Shown here piece by piece: positions 29,895-38,743 of a stretch of DNA of 64,000 nt. The position numbers were made by a program, and so were the translations under genes. The DNA lies in assembly GCA_963555825.3 (NCBI GenBank), contig CAUVXB020000002.1, positions 1,024,001 to 1,088,000 of the forward strand, read 5' to 3'. How positions within the stretch are numbered: position 1 is the first letter of the stretch; each line of letters opens with the position of its first letter. Under the pieces are notes generated by a model. It saw only the letters and a list, made by a program, of their open reading frames with translations. It was not told where the DNA came from and did not search any database. Source of the stretch: Alphaproteobacteria bacterium (GTDB lineage: Bacteria; Pseudomonadota; Alphaproteobacteria; JAAXGF01).

Positions 29895-30968
29895 CTAATG
29901 CGGGAACGGCCACAGCCGGAGCTTTTCCTTGGCGATCTGCCAGAGCCGCGCCAGCCCGCGCGGCTCGACGATCAGGAAGAAGATGATCAACCCGCCGAAG
30001 ACCATGAACTCGATGTGCTTGGCGTCGACCGCCTGCATGCCCAGCCCGCCGACGAAGAGATTGGTCAGCATGATCGGCATCAGCACGATGAAGGCCGCGC
30101 CCATGATCGAGCCCATGACGCTGCCCAGGCCCCCGATGATGATCATGAACAGCACCAGGAACGACAGGTTGATGTCGAAGGCGATGGTCTCGACGCTGCC
30201 GAAGTGGAGCATGAACAGCTCGGCGCCGGCGACGCCGCAGACGAACGACGAGACGGCGAAGGCCAGCAGCTTGGTTTGCAGCGGTCGGATGCCGATGATC
30301 TCGGCGGCGATGTCCATGTCGCGGATCGCCATCCAGGCGCGCCCGATGCGTCCGCGCACCAGATTCTTGACCAACACGGCGAACAGCACGAGCATGGATA
30401 GGGCGGTCAGATACTTGACCTCCGGCGTGGCCAGCGCGCCGGTGATCAAGACGCCGAACATCTCGCGCGGCGGCGCGTCGATCGTCCCCGACGGATTATA
30501 GTTGTAAAACCAGGCGACCCGGTTGAACAGCCAGATCAGGAAGAACTGGGCGGCGAGCGTCGCGACCGCGAGGTAGAAGCCCTTGATGCGCAGGCTGGGC
30601 AGGCCGAAGAAGACGCCGACGGCGGCCGCGAAGCCGCCCGAGAGCACGAACACGACGATGATGTTGAGCTCGGGGAAGCCGGTCGCCAGCTTATACGACG
30701 CATAGGCGCCGACCGCCATGAAGCCGCCGGTGCCCAAGCTGAGCTGGCCGGCGTAGCCGGTCAGGATGTTGAGGCCGACCGCTGCCAGCGCGTAGACCAC
30801 GAAGGGGATCAGGATCGCGTTGAACCAGTAGTCGTTGGCGACCAAGGGCACGACGACGAAGGCGACGATCAGCACGGCGGCGACGAACACCCGGTCCTGG
30901 GCAATCGGGAAGATCGCCTGGTCGGCGCCGTAACTGGTCTTGAACTGGCCCGCCTCGCGGTAGATCAC
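29895..30968 (-). CDS. LivM-like ABC permease
   Basis: GLNILTGYAGQLSLG, IIGGLGS. Confidence 0.92.
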   Translation of the reverse strand: MIYREAGQFKTSYGADQAIFPIAQDRVFVAAVLIVAFVVVPLVANDYWFNAILIPFVVYALAAVGLNILTGYAGQLSLGTGGFMAVGAYASYKLATGFPELNIIVVFVLSGGFAAAVGVFFGLPSLRIKGFYLAVATLAAQFFLIWLFNRVAWFYNYNPSGTIDAPPREMFGVLITGALATPEVKYLTALSMLVLFAVLVKNLVRGRIGRAWMAIRDMDIAAEIIGIRPLQTKLLAFAVSSFVCGVAGAELFMLHFGSVETIAFDINLSFLVLFMIIIGGLGSVMGSIMGAAFIVLMPIMLTNLFVGGLGMQAVDAKHIEFMVFGGLIIFFLIVEPRGLARLWQIAKEKLRLWPFPH

Positions 30969-30971
30969 GTC

Positions 30972-31907
30972 TCATACCCTCTCGATGATGCGTTCGCCGA
31001 ACAGGCCCTGGGGTCGGAACACCAGGAACACCAGCGCCAGCATGTAGGCGAACCAGCCCTCGATCGCGCCGCCCAGCGCCGGTCCCCAGTAGATTTCGGC
31101 GATCTTTTCGCCGACGCCGATGATCAGACCGCCGACGATGGCGCCCGGCACCGAGGTGAAGCCGCCCAGGATGAGCACCGGCAGCGCCTTGAGCGCGATC
31201 AGCGACAGCGAGAACTGCACGCCGCTCTTGGAACCCCACATGATGCCGGCGACCAGCGCGACGATGCCGGCGACCGACCAGACGATGATCCAGATCGTCT
31301 TCAGCGGGATGCCGACCGAGAGCGCCGCCTGATGATCGTCGGCGACGGCGCGCAGCGCGCGGCCGATGCGCGTATAGTGGAAGAAAACGGCGAGCACGGC
31401 GACCAGGGTGCCGGCGGTGGCCGCGGCGACCAGCTCGAACTCGTTCAACAGCACGCCGCCAACCTCGAACGGGCTGTCGGGGATGCCGATGTCGAGCCGC
31501 TTGACGTTGCTGCCCCAAAGCGAATCGCCCAGGCCCTCGAGGAAGAAGGCGAGCCCGATGGTCGACATGAACAAGATGATGTGTTCCTGGTTGACCAGCG
31601 GGCGCAGCACGAGGCGCTCGATGGCGAAGGCCAGCGCGACCATCACCGCCGCCGTCAGCACCAGCGCGATGGGTATCGGAACGCCCCACTCCATGATGCC
31701 GACCAACGTCAGCGCGGCGAACAGCGCGAGTACGCCTTGGGCGAAATTGAACACGCCCGAGGCCTTGAAGATGAGCACGAAGCCGAGCGCCACCAGCGAA
31801 TACATGACGCCCGCCGACAGGCCGCCGACCACCACCTCGATGAAGAAGATCGGCTCACCGGCGATGTCGAGGAACGGCGCCACCAGCATGTCGTTGAGGA
31901 ATTCCAT
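30972..31907 (-). CDS. LivH-like ABC permease
   Basis: YSLVALGFVLIFKASGVFNFAQG, RPQGLFG. Confidence 0.92.
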   Translation of the reverse strand: MEFLNDMLVAPFLDIAGEPIFFIEVVVGGLSAGVMYSLVALGFVLIFKASGVFNFAQGVLALFAALTLVGIMEWGVPIPIALVLTAAVMVALAFAIERLVLRPLVNQEHIILFMSTIGLAFFLEGLGDSLWGSNVKRLDIGIPDSPFEVGGVLLNEFELVAAATAGTLVAVLAVFFHYTRIGRALRAVADDHQAALSVGIPLKTIWIIVWSVAGIVALVAGIMWGSKSGVQFSLSLIALKALPVLILGGFTSVPGAIVGGLIIGVGEKIAEIYWGPALGGAIEGWFAYMLALVFLVFRPQGLFGERIIERV

Positions 31908-31918
31908 CGGCTGCCGGG

Positions 31919-32761
31919 CTACGCCTCGTGCGGGACGCCGAGATAGGCGTCGATGACGTTCTGGTCGGCGCGCACCACGTCGGGCGGGCCGTCGGCGATC
32001 TTGCGCCCGTAGTCGAGCACGATGACCCGGTCGGAGATGTCCATCACGACGCCCATGTCATGCTCGATCAGCGCGATCGTCGTGCCGAACTCGTCGTTGA
32101 CGTCGAGCACGAAGCGGCACATGTCCTCCTTCTCCTCGACGTTCATGCCGGCCATCGGCTCGTCCAACAGCAACAGATCAGGCTCGGCGGCGAGCGCCCG
32201 GCCGAGCTCGACGCGCTTTTGCAGGCCGTAGGGCAGACGGCCGACCGGCGTCTTGCGGATCGCCTGGATCTCGAGGAAGTCGATGATGCGCTCGGCGAAG
32301 GCGCGGTGCTCGAGCTCCTCGCGTTTCGCCGGGCCGACGTAGAGCGCCTGCCACAACAGGTTGCGCTTCATCTTCAACAGCCGCCCGGTCATGATGTTGT
32401 CGAGCGTCGACATGCCCCGGAACAGCGCGATGTTCTGGAAGGTCCGCGCGATGCCCTGGGCCGCGGCGTCGTGCGGGCGCATCTGCTGGCGCGTCTTCCC
32501 CTTGTACGTGATCTGGCCGTGCTGCGGGTGATAGAAGCCGTTGATGACGTTGAGCATCGAGCTCTTGCCGGCGCCGTTGGGGCCGATGATCGCCAGGATC
32601 TCGTGCTCGCGGATTTCGAAGCTGACATCGACGAGCGCGGTGACGCCGCCGAACGACAGGCTGATGTTCTCGACCTCGAGAATCGAATCGCCGATCGATT
32701 TTGACGCCTCGGCCGGCGCGTCGATCGCCGTCGCCGCCACTGCTTCCTGGGCCGTCGTCAC
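31919..32761 (-). CDS. LivG-like ABC transporter ATP-binding protein
   Basis: GPNGAGKS, ARTFQ, LPYG, LDEPMAG. Confidence 0.92.
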   Translation of the reverse strand: MTTAQEAVAATAIDAPAEASKSIGDSILEVENISLSFGGVTALVDVSFEIREHEILAIIGPNGAGKSSMLNVINGFYHPQHGQITYKGKTRQQMRPHDAAAQGIARTFQNIALFRGMSTLDNIMTGRLLKMKRNLLWQALYVGPAKREELEHRAFAERIIDFLEIQAIRKTPVGRLPYGLQKRVELGRALAAEPDLLLLDEPMAGMNVEEKEDMCRFVLDVNDEFGTTIALIEHDMGVVMDISDRVIVLDYGRKIADGPPDVVRADQNVIDAYLGVPHEA

Positions 32762-32766
32762 GCCGA

Positions 32767-34740
32767 TCAGCTCGCCATCTTGAGCGCCGCGGGGGCGGCG
32801 TCGAGCGAACGGATCTCGATCTCCGCGCTGGCGGTGCCCTTGCGGCCGTCCTCGTAGGTCACCTCGACCTCGATCGCGGCTCGGCTCGCGTCCGAATACA
32901 GCGCGTCGATCAACGCCCGGTATTTCTCGCCGACATGGCTGCGGCGCACCTTGCGCGTTCGCGTCAACTCGCCGTCATCGGCGTCGAGCTCCTTGTGCAG
33001 GATCAGGAAGCGTCTGATTTGCGAGCCCGCGAGATGCGGGTCGTCGGCGAGTTCACGGTTGACCTGCGCAATCTCGTCGGCGATCAACCCGTAGACCTGC
33101 TCGTGGGCGGCCAGCTCCCGATAGCCGCCATAGGCGATGCCGCGCCGCTCGGCCCAGTTGCCGACCGCCTCGAGGTCGATGTTGATGAACGCCGCGGCGA
33201 AGCCGCGCTGGTTGCCGAAGGCTACTGCCTCCTTGATGTGCTGGAAGAATTTAAGTTTGTTTTCCAGGTACTTGGGTGCGAACATCGTGCCGTCGGCGAG
33301 CTTGCCGACGTCCTTCGCCCGGTCGATGATCTTGAGGTGGCCGTCGTCGTCGAAGAAGCCGGCGTCGCCGGTGCGCACCCAACCATCGGGCGTCTTGGTC
33401 TTGGCCGTCGCCTCGGGGTTCTTGTAGTACTCGACGAACACACCCGGGCTGCGGTAGAGCACCTCGCCGCCGTCGCTGATCTTGATCTCGACACCGTCGG
33501 CCGGCGGGCCGACCGTGTCGGGCTTGATCTCGCCATCGGGTTGCATGGTGACGAACACGCTCGCCTCGGTCTGGCCATAGAGCTGCTTCAGGTTCATGCC
33601 GAGCGCGCGGTAGAAATCGAAGATGTCGGGCCCGATCGCCTCGCCCGCGGTATAGGCCAGGCGAATGCGGCTGAAGCCCAACGTGTTCGTGAGCGGCCCG
33701 AAGACCAGCACGCGGCCGATTGCATAGAACAGCCGGTCGACAAGCGGGACCGGCCGGCGATCGACGATGTCACCGCCGACGCGGCGCCCCAACGCCATGA
33801 AATAGTCGAACAGGCGCCGCTTGATCCAGGCCGCGTCTTCCATGCGGATCATCACCTGGGTCAGGATGTTCTCGAAGATGCTCGGCGGCGCGAAGAAGAA
33901 GCTCGGGCCGATCTCGCGGATGTCGTGCAACACGGTGGCCGCGCTTTCCGGGCAATTGACGCAGAACCCGGTGACGTAGGACTGGCCGAGCGAGAACACG
34001 TTGTCGCCGACCCAGGCCATCGGCAGATAGGCGAGGATATCGTCGTCGACGGTCAGCCGGTCGGCGTTCGCTGCGTTGCGCGCGCTGATGATGACGTTGT
34101 CGAAGCTCAACACCACGCCCTTTGGCTGGCCGGTGGTGCCCGAGGTGTAAAGGATGATCGAGGTGTTCGCGCCGCTGCCCTCGGCGACCGCGGCGTCGAA
34201 GAAGCCGGGGTTGTCGCGGTCGAAATCGCGGCCACGCGCCTGGATCTCGTCGAACGCGTGGAGATCGGGCTCGGCATAATTGCGCATGCCGCGCGGGTCG
34301 TCGTAGATCAACGTCTCGAGCTTGGGACAGTCGGCCTTGATCTCGACGAGCTTGTCGATCTGCTCCTGGTCCTCGCCGACGGCGAAGCGCGCCTCGGAAT
34401 GGTTCATGACGAACTTCAGCTCGTCGGCGACCGCGTCCTGGTACATCGGCACCGGCACCGCGCCGATCACCTGAGCCGCGACCATCGACCAGTAGAGCTG
34501 CGGCCGGTTGTCGCCGATGATCGCCATCTTGTCTTCGCGCTTGAGGCCGAGCGCCGCGAAACCGCAGGCCAGCGCGCGCACCTCGTCGGCGACCTGAGCC
34601 CAGGTCCAGGTCTGCCAGATGCCATAGTCCTTCTCGCGAATCGCGGGGCGCGACGCCCATTTTCGGGCGTTCTCGACGAGCAACTTTGGGAAAGTGTCGA
34701 CGCGCGTCTGATCGGCCTCGGACGAGGTCATCCCGGCCAC
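32767..34740 (-). CDS. Long-chain fatty acid-CoA ligase-like AMP-binding protein
   Basis: YTSGTTGQPKG, YGQTE, TGDAG; start may be 34731. Confidence 0.9.
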   Translation of the reverse strand: MAGMTSSEADQTRVDTFPKLLVENARKWASRPAIREKDYGIWQTWTWAQVADEVRALACGFAALGLKREDKMAIIGDNRPQLYWSMVAAQVIGAVPVPMYQDAVADELKFVMNHSEARFAVGEDQEQIDKLVEIKADCPKLETLIYDDPRGMRNYAEPDLHAFDEIQARGRDFDRDNPGFFDAAVAEGSGANTSIILYTSGTTGQPKGVVLSFDNVIISARNAANADRLTVDDDILAYLPMAWVGDNVFSLGQSYVTGFCVNCPESAATVLHDIREIGPSFFFAPPSIFENILTQVMIRMEDAAWIKRRLFDYFMALGRRVGGDIVDRRPVPLVDRLFYAIGRVLVFGPLTNTLGFSRIRLAYTAGEAIGPDIFDFYRALGMNLKQLYGQTEASVFVTMQPDGEIKPDTVGPPADGVEIKISDGGEVLYRSPGVFVEYYKNPEATAKTKTPDGWVRTGDAGFFDDDGHLKIIDRAKDVGKLADGTMFAPKYLENKLKFFQHIKEAVAFGNQRGFAAAFINIDLEAVGNWAERRGIAYGGYRELAAHEQVYGLIADEIAQVNRELADDPHLAGSQIRRFLILHKELDADDGELTRTRKVRRSHVGEKYRALIDALYSDASRAAIEVEVTYEDGRKGTASAEIEIRSLDAAPAALKMAS

Positions 34741-34895
34741 CTGTATCCGGCGTCTCTCACGTCTTGTTCTCCCTGGCTTTCGAAGCCTCGCCGGGGTGCC
34801 CGTGGCTCCCGATCTGGTTGGCAGCGTAAGCCTCTTTCATCTTCCCGTCCATGTCCAGCGCCTTGACGCCGCGCGCATCGCCGCCCGGGCGGTCT

Positions 34896-36251
34896 TCAGG
34901 GCGTCGATACGAGCCCTTCCGGAGTGCCGACGACGACGACCTGCAGGGCCTCGGGGTCGAGCAGCCGGGCGGCGACGCGGTTGGCGTCGGCGAGCGTCAC
35001 CGCCTCGATATAGCCATTGCGCCGATCGATGTAGTCGATGCCGAGGTCGTTGAGCTGAATGCCGATCAGTAAGTTCGCAATCTTGCCGTTCGAATCGAGT
35101 CGCAGGGCAAACGAGCCGGTCAGGTAGGTCTTGGCGTCGGCGAGTTCATCCGCCGTCATCCCATCATCGCGCATGCGCGCGAACTCGGCGCGGATGACCT
35201 CGAGCGATTCGGCGACCCGCGCATTCTCGGTCGCCACCCCGCCGAAATAGAGAGCGGCGTAGTCGAGCGGCGACAGATAGCTATAGACGCCGTAGGCGAG
35301 GCCGCGCTTCTGACGCACCTCCTGGGTCAGCCGCGAGGTGAAGCCGCCGCCGCCCAGCGCGTAGTTCATCACATAGGCCGCGTAGAACTCCGGGTCGTCG
35401 CGGTCCAGCCCCCGGTGGCCGAAGACGACGACGCTTTGCGGAATGTCGCGGTCGACGACGATCAGACGACCCGGCGCGGCGGGCGCGGTCTTGGCGGCCG
35501 TCAACGGCGCCCCCGTCGCCGGCAGGCCGCCCAACGTCTCGTCGAGCAGCGCGGCGAGCCGGTCCGGCGCGATGTCGCCGACGACGGCGACGACCATGCG
35601 GTCGCGCGCCAGCTGCCCGGCAACGAAGCCGCGGAGATCGGCAACGGTCAGCGCCGCCACACTTTCTTGCGTACCGTCGACCGGGCGGCCATACGAATGG
35701 TCCGGGAAAGCGGCGTCGAACCAGGCGCGGCGCGCGATGCGGTCGGGATCGTCGGCGAGACGCTTCAGCCGCACCTGAAGCTGGCGACGGATGCGTTCGA
35801 CCGGCTCCTCGTCGAAGCGCGCCTCGGTCATCGCCAGGCGCAGCATCTCGAAGGCGGCGTCGGTGTTGGCGGTGAGCGTCTTCAGGCTGGCTTTGAAGGT
35901 GTCGAGCCCAGTGCTGAAGCCGAGGTGGATGGCGAGGTCCTCGAGGCGACTCTGGAAGGCGCGCGAATCATAGTCGCCCGCGCCCTCGTCCAAGAGCGCC
36001 GAGACCATGTTGGCGCGCCCCTCCTTGCCGGCCGGATCGAGCGTCGCGCCGCCACGGAAGGCGATGTTGACCGACAGAATCGGTATCGCGTGCGCTTCGA
36101 CCAGCCAAGCCTCGATGCCGCCCGGGCTGATCACGCGCGTCACCTCGGTCGCCTTGGCCGGCGCCGTCAGTACGACGGCCGCCAGCATCAAGACGAGCAC
36201 CGCGCGCGCCGCAGCCCGGATCGGAGTGTATCGTTCCGTCGCCATCGCCAC
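34896..36251 (-). CDS. M16 peptidase family, non-catalytic partner subunit
   Basis: GIEAWLVE, LGGGGFTSRL, RGLAY; lacks HxxEH. Confidence 0.9.
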   Translation of the reverse strand: MAMATERYTPIRAAARAVLVLMLAAVVLTAPAKATEVTRVISPGGIEAWLVEAHAIPILSVNIAFRGGATLDPAGKEGRANMVSALLDEGAGDYDSRAFQSRLEDLAIHLGFSTGLDTFKASLKTLTANTDAAFEMLRLAMTEARFDEEPVERIRRQLQVRLKRLADDPDRIARRAWFDAAFPDHSYGRPVDGTQESVAALTVADLRGFVAGQLARDRMVVAVVGDIAPDRLAALLDETLGGLPATGAPLTAAKTAPAAPGRLIVVDRDIPQSVVVFGHRGLDRDDPEFYAAYVMNYALGGGGFTSRLTQEVRQKRGLAYGVYSYLSPLDYAALYFGGVATENARVAESLEVIRAEFARMRDDGMTADELADAKTYLTGSFALRLDSNGKIANLLIGIQLNDLGIDYIDRRNGYIEAVTLADANRVAARLLDPEALQVVVVGTPEGLVSTP

Positions 36252-36261
36252 GCTCCGTCGC

Positions 36262-37605
36262 TCAGCCGGTTTCTTCGGGCAGCAGGACGCCGGTCACCGA
36301 GCCCTCGGGCCGCAGCACGGCGCGCGCCGCCTGATTGATCTGCTCGACGGTGACCGCCTCGATGCGATCGGGCCAGGCTTCGATCTCGGCGACCGAAACG
36401 CCCGAGGTCCGCGCCGCGCCGAAAACGCGCGCCGCGGCATACAGGCTGTCCCGCGCGTAGGTCGTCTCGGCGATCAGGCGTTGCTTGATGCGCGCGATCT
36501 CGTCCGCGCCGACGCCGTCGTCGAGCAGGCGCGCGATTTCCTCGTCGATTGCCGCTTCCAACTCGGTGATCTCGACGCCCGGCGACGGCGTCGCGTAGAC
36601 GACGAAGCGCGTCAGGTCGAGCGACACGTCGTCGTACCAGGCGCCGGCCGATGCCGCGAGCTTGCGCTCGACGACCAGTGCGCGATAGAGCCGGCTGGTC
36701 GCGCCGCCGCCCAACACCTCGGCCAGCACCTGCAAGGGATAGGCGTGTTCGGTCGCGCCGGCGGTCAGGCTGGGCGCGATATAGCTGCGGCTCAGCGACG
36801 GCTGGCTGACGCGACCGTCGCGCAGCACGACGCGCCGGGCGGCGCGCTGCGGCGGCTCCTGCGGGCGCAGCCTGGGCGCGATATCTTGCGCCGGGATCAC
36901 GCCATAGTGCTTCTCGGCGAGCGGCTTCAGCTCGGCCATGGTGATGTCGCCACTGACCACCAGGACGGCGTTGCTGGGCGCATAATGGCGCCGATAGAAG
37001 GCGAGCGCGTCCTCGGTCGTCAGCGCGCGCATCTCGTGCTCCCAGCCGATGATCGGCACGCCATAGGGATGCGCCAGATACTGCGCCGCGGCGATCTGCT
37101 CGCCCAACAGCGCGCCGGGTTCGTTGTCGACACGCGAGCGCCGCTCCTCGATGATCACGTCGCGCTCGGGCAACACCACCTCGTCGCGCAGCACCAGGTT
37201 GGTCATGCGGTCGGCCTCGAGCGCCATGACCAGCCCGAGCCGCTCCTTGGCGACCTTCTGGTAGTAGCCGGTGTAGTCTTGGCTGGTGAAGGCGTTTTCG
37301 TTGCCGCCGTGGCGCGCGACCAGGCGCGAGAATTCGCCGTCGGGATAGCTTGGCGTGCCCTTGAACATGAGATGCTCGAGGAAATGCGCGATGCCCGACT
37401 TGCCGACCGGATCGTCGGCCGCGCCGACGCGGTACCACACCATGTGCACCACGACCGGCGCGCGATGGTTCGGCACGACCACGACCTCCATGCCGTTCTC
37501 GAGCGTGAAGGTCTCGGGATTGAAGACCGCGGCGCGCGCGCCGGGCGCTGCCAGCAGGATCAGCACGAGCGCGGCGAACAACCTGCGGAACGCAGGAGAT
37601 GTCAT
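36262..37605 (-). CDS. M16 (pitrilysin) zinc peptidase
   Basis: AHFLEHLMFKGT, NAFTS. Confidence 0.93.
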   Translation of the reverse strand: MTSPAFRRLFAALVLILLAAPGARAAVFNPETFTLENGMEVVVVPNHRAPVVVHMVWYRVGAADDPVGKSGIAHFLEHLMFKGTPSYPDGEFSRLVARHGGNENAFTSQDYTGYYQKVAKERLGLVMALEADRMTNLVLRDEVVLPERDVIIEERRSRVDNEPGALLGEQIAAAQYLAHPYGVPIIGWEHEMRALTTEDALAFYRRHYAPSNAVLVVSGDITMAELKPLAEKHYGVIPAQDIAPRLRPQEPPQRAARRVVLRDGRVSQPSLSRSYIAPSLTAGATEHAYPLQVLAEVLGGGATSRLYRALVVERKLAASAGAWYDDVSLDLTRFVVYATPSPGVEITELEAAIDEEIARLLDDGVGADEIARIKQRLIAETTYARDSLYAAARVFGAARTSGVSVAEIEAWPDRIEAVTVEQINQAARAVLRPEGSVTGVLLPEETG

Positions 37606-37681
37606 CGTGTCTCCTCTACGGCTGCCTGGGTGGTGCGGACCGGTGAACCTAGCGTCATACCGTCGCCACGCGGCATCACAT

Positions 37682-38263
37682 CTAGTTGAACACCCCTTCG
37701 AGGATGCCCTTTTGGCGGCGCTCGATGACCGCCGTTTCGCCCTCGGTCGGATCGTCGCCGAGCGCGGTCGCCTCCTCGAGTCGCTGGGATTCCTTGGTCG
37801 GGTCGACGATCAAGCCGGGCCCCTCCTTGTCGCGCCAGAACATCAGATTGTCGACGAAGGTATCGTCGTCCTCGGCGTAGATCGCGCTTTCCTCGTTGAT
37901 GATCCGACGGATGCTCGGATCGGCGTTGGCGCCGCCGGCGCGGCCGAGCAGCGCCTGTTCGCCGGCCGAGGCGTCGGCGGCCGATAGCGACGGCCCGCCG
38001 GCGCCGAGCAGCGCCGCCTTGGCGATGTCCTGCACGCGTGTTTCCTGCGGGCGTAGCGCGCCCGGTTGGGGCGGCCTCAGCCCGTAGTCGGGCGGCAGGG
38101 TCAGTGGCGCGCGCGCGACGACCGAAAATTCGTCGGGCGCGTATTTGCCCCGGCCCGTTATCTGATCGCTGATTCCCGAGCAACCGGCGACGACCAGGCT
38201 CAGGGCCACGAGCCCCGTTCCGGTCGACACGCGCGACCAGCGGCCATTCTTACGTGAAGTCAT
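37682..38263 (-). CDS. DUF3035-like lipoprotein
   Basis: VAGC lipobox and PDEFSVVARAPLTLPPDY; conserved position after lspA. Confidence 0.8.
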   Translation of the reverse strand: MTSRKNGRWSRVSTGTGLVALSLVVAGCSGISDQITGRGKYAPDEFSVVARAPLTLPPDYGLRPPQPGALRPQETRVQDIAKAALLGAGGPSLSAADASAGEQALLGRAGGANADPSIRRIINEESAIYAEDDDTFVDNLMFWRDKEGPGLIVDPTKESQRLEEATALGDDPTEGETAVIERRQKGILEGVFN

Positions 38264-38269
38264 AGCCTA

Positions 38270-38737
38270 CTATTTAGGCTCTCCACGCCGATTGAGCAAG
38301 CTGTCGATGAGCATCACGGCGACGCCAACCGTTATCGCCGCGTCGGCGACATTGAAGGCGGGCCAGTGATAGCCGCCGGCGTGCAGGTCGACGAAGTCGG
38401 CGACGGCGCCGAGACGCAGCCGATCGACGATGTTGCCCAGCGCGCCGCCGATGATCAGGCCGATCGAGGCGGCGAGCAGCCGTTGCGCGACGCGGGCGAG
38501 CCAGATGACCAGGCCGATGACGACCATTCCGGCGATGCCGGCCATCAAATACGGCGCCAGGTCGGCGTCGCCCAACAGGCCGAAACTGACGCCCCGGTTC
38601 CATACCATGACGAGATTGAAGAATGGCAACACCTCGACGAAGCCGGGCGGTTCGGCGAGCCAGCCGATGATCCACCATTTGACCAGCTGGTCGATCACCG
38701 CGACCGATGCGGCGATCGCCAGGCCAACGCGCAACAT
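38270..38737 (-). CDS. lspA: Lipoprotein signal peptidase II
   Basis: NRGVSFG, GGALGNIVDR, FNVAD. Confidence 0.97.
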   Translation of the reverse strand: MLRVGLAIAASVAVIDQLVKWWIIGWLAEPPGFVEVLPFFNLVMVWNRGVSFGLLGDADLAPYLMAGIAGMVVIGLVIWLARVAQRLLAASIGLIIGGALGNIVDRLRLGAVADFVDLHAGGYHWPAFNVADAAITVGVAVMLIDSLLNRRGEPK

Positions 38738-38743
38738 GGCGGG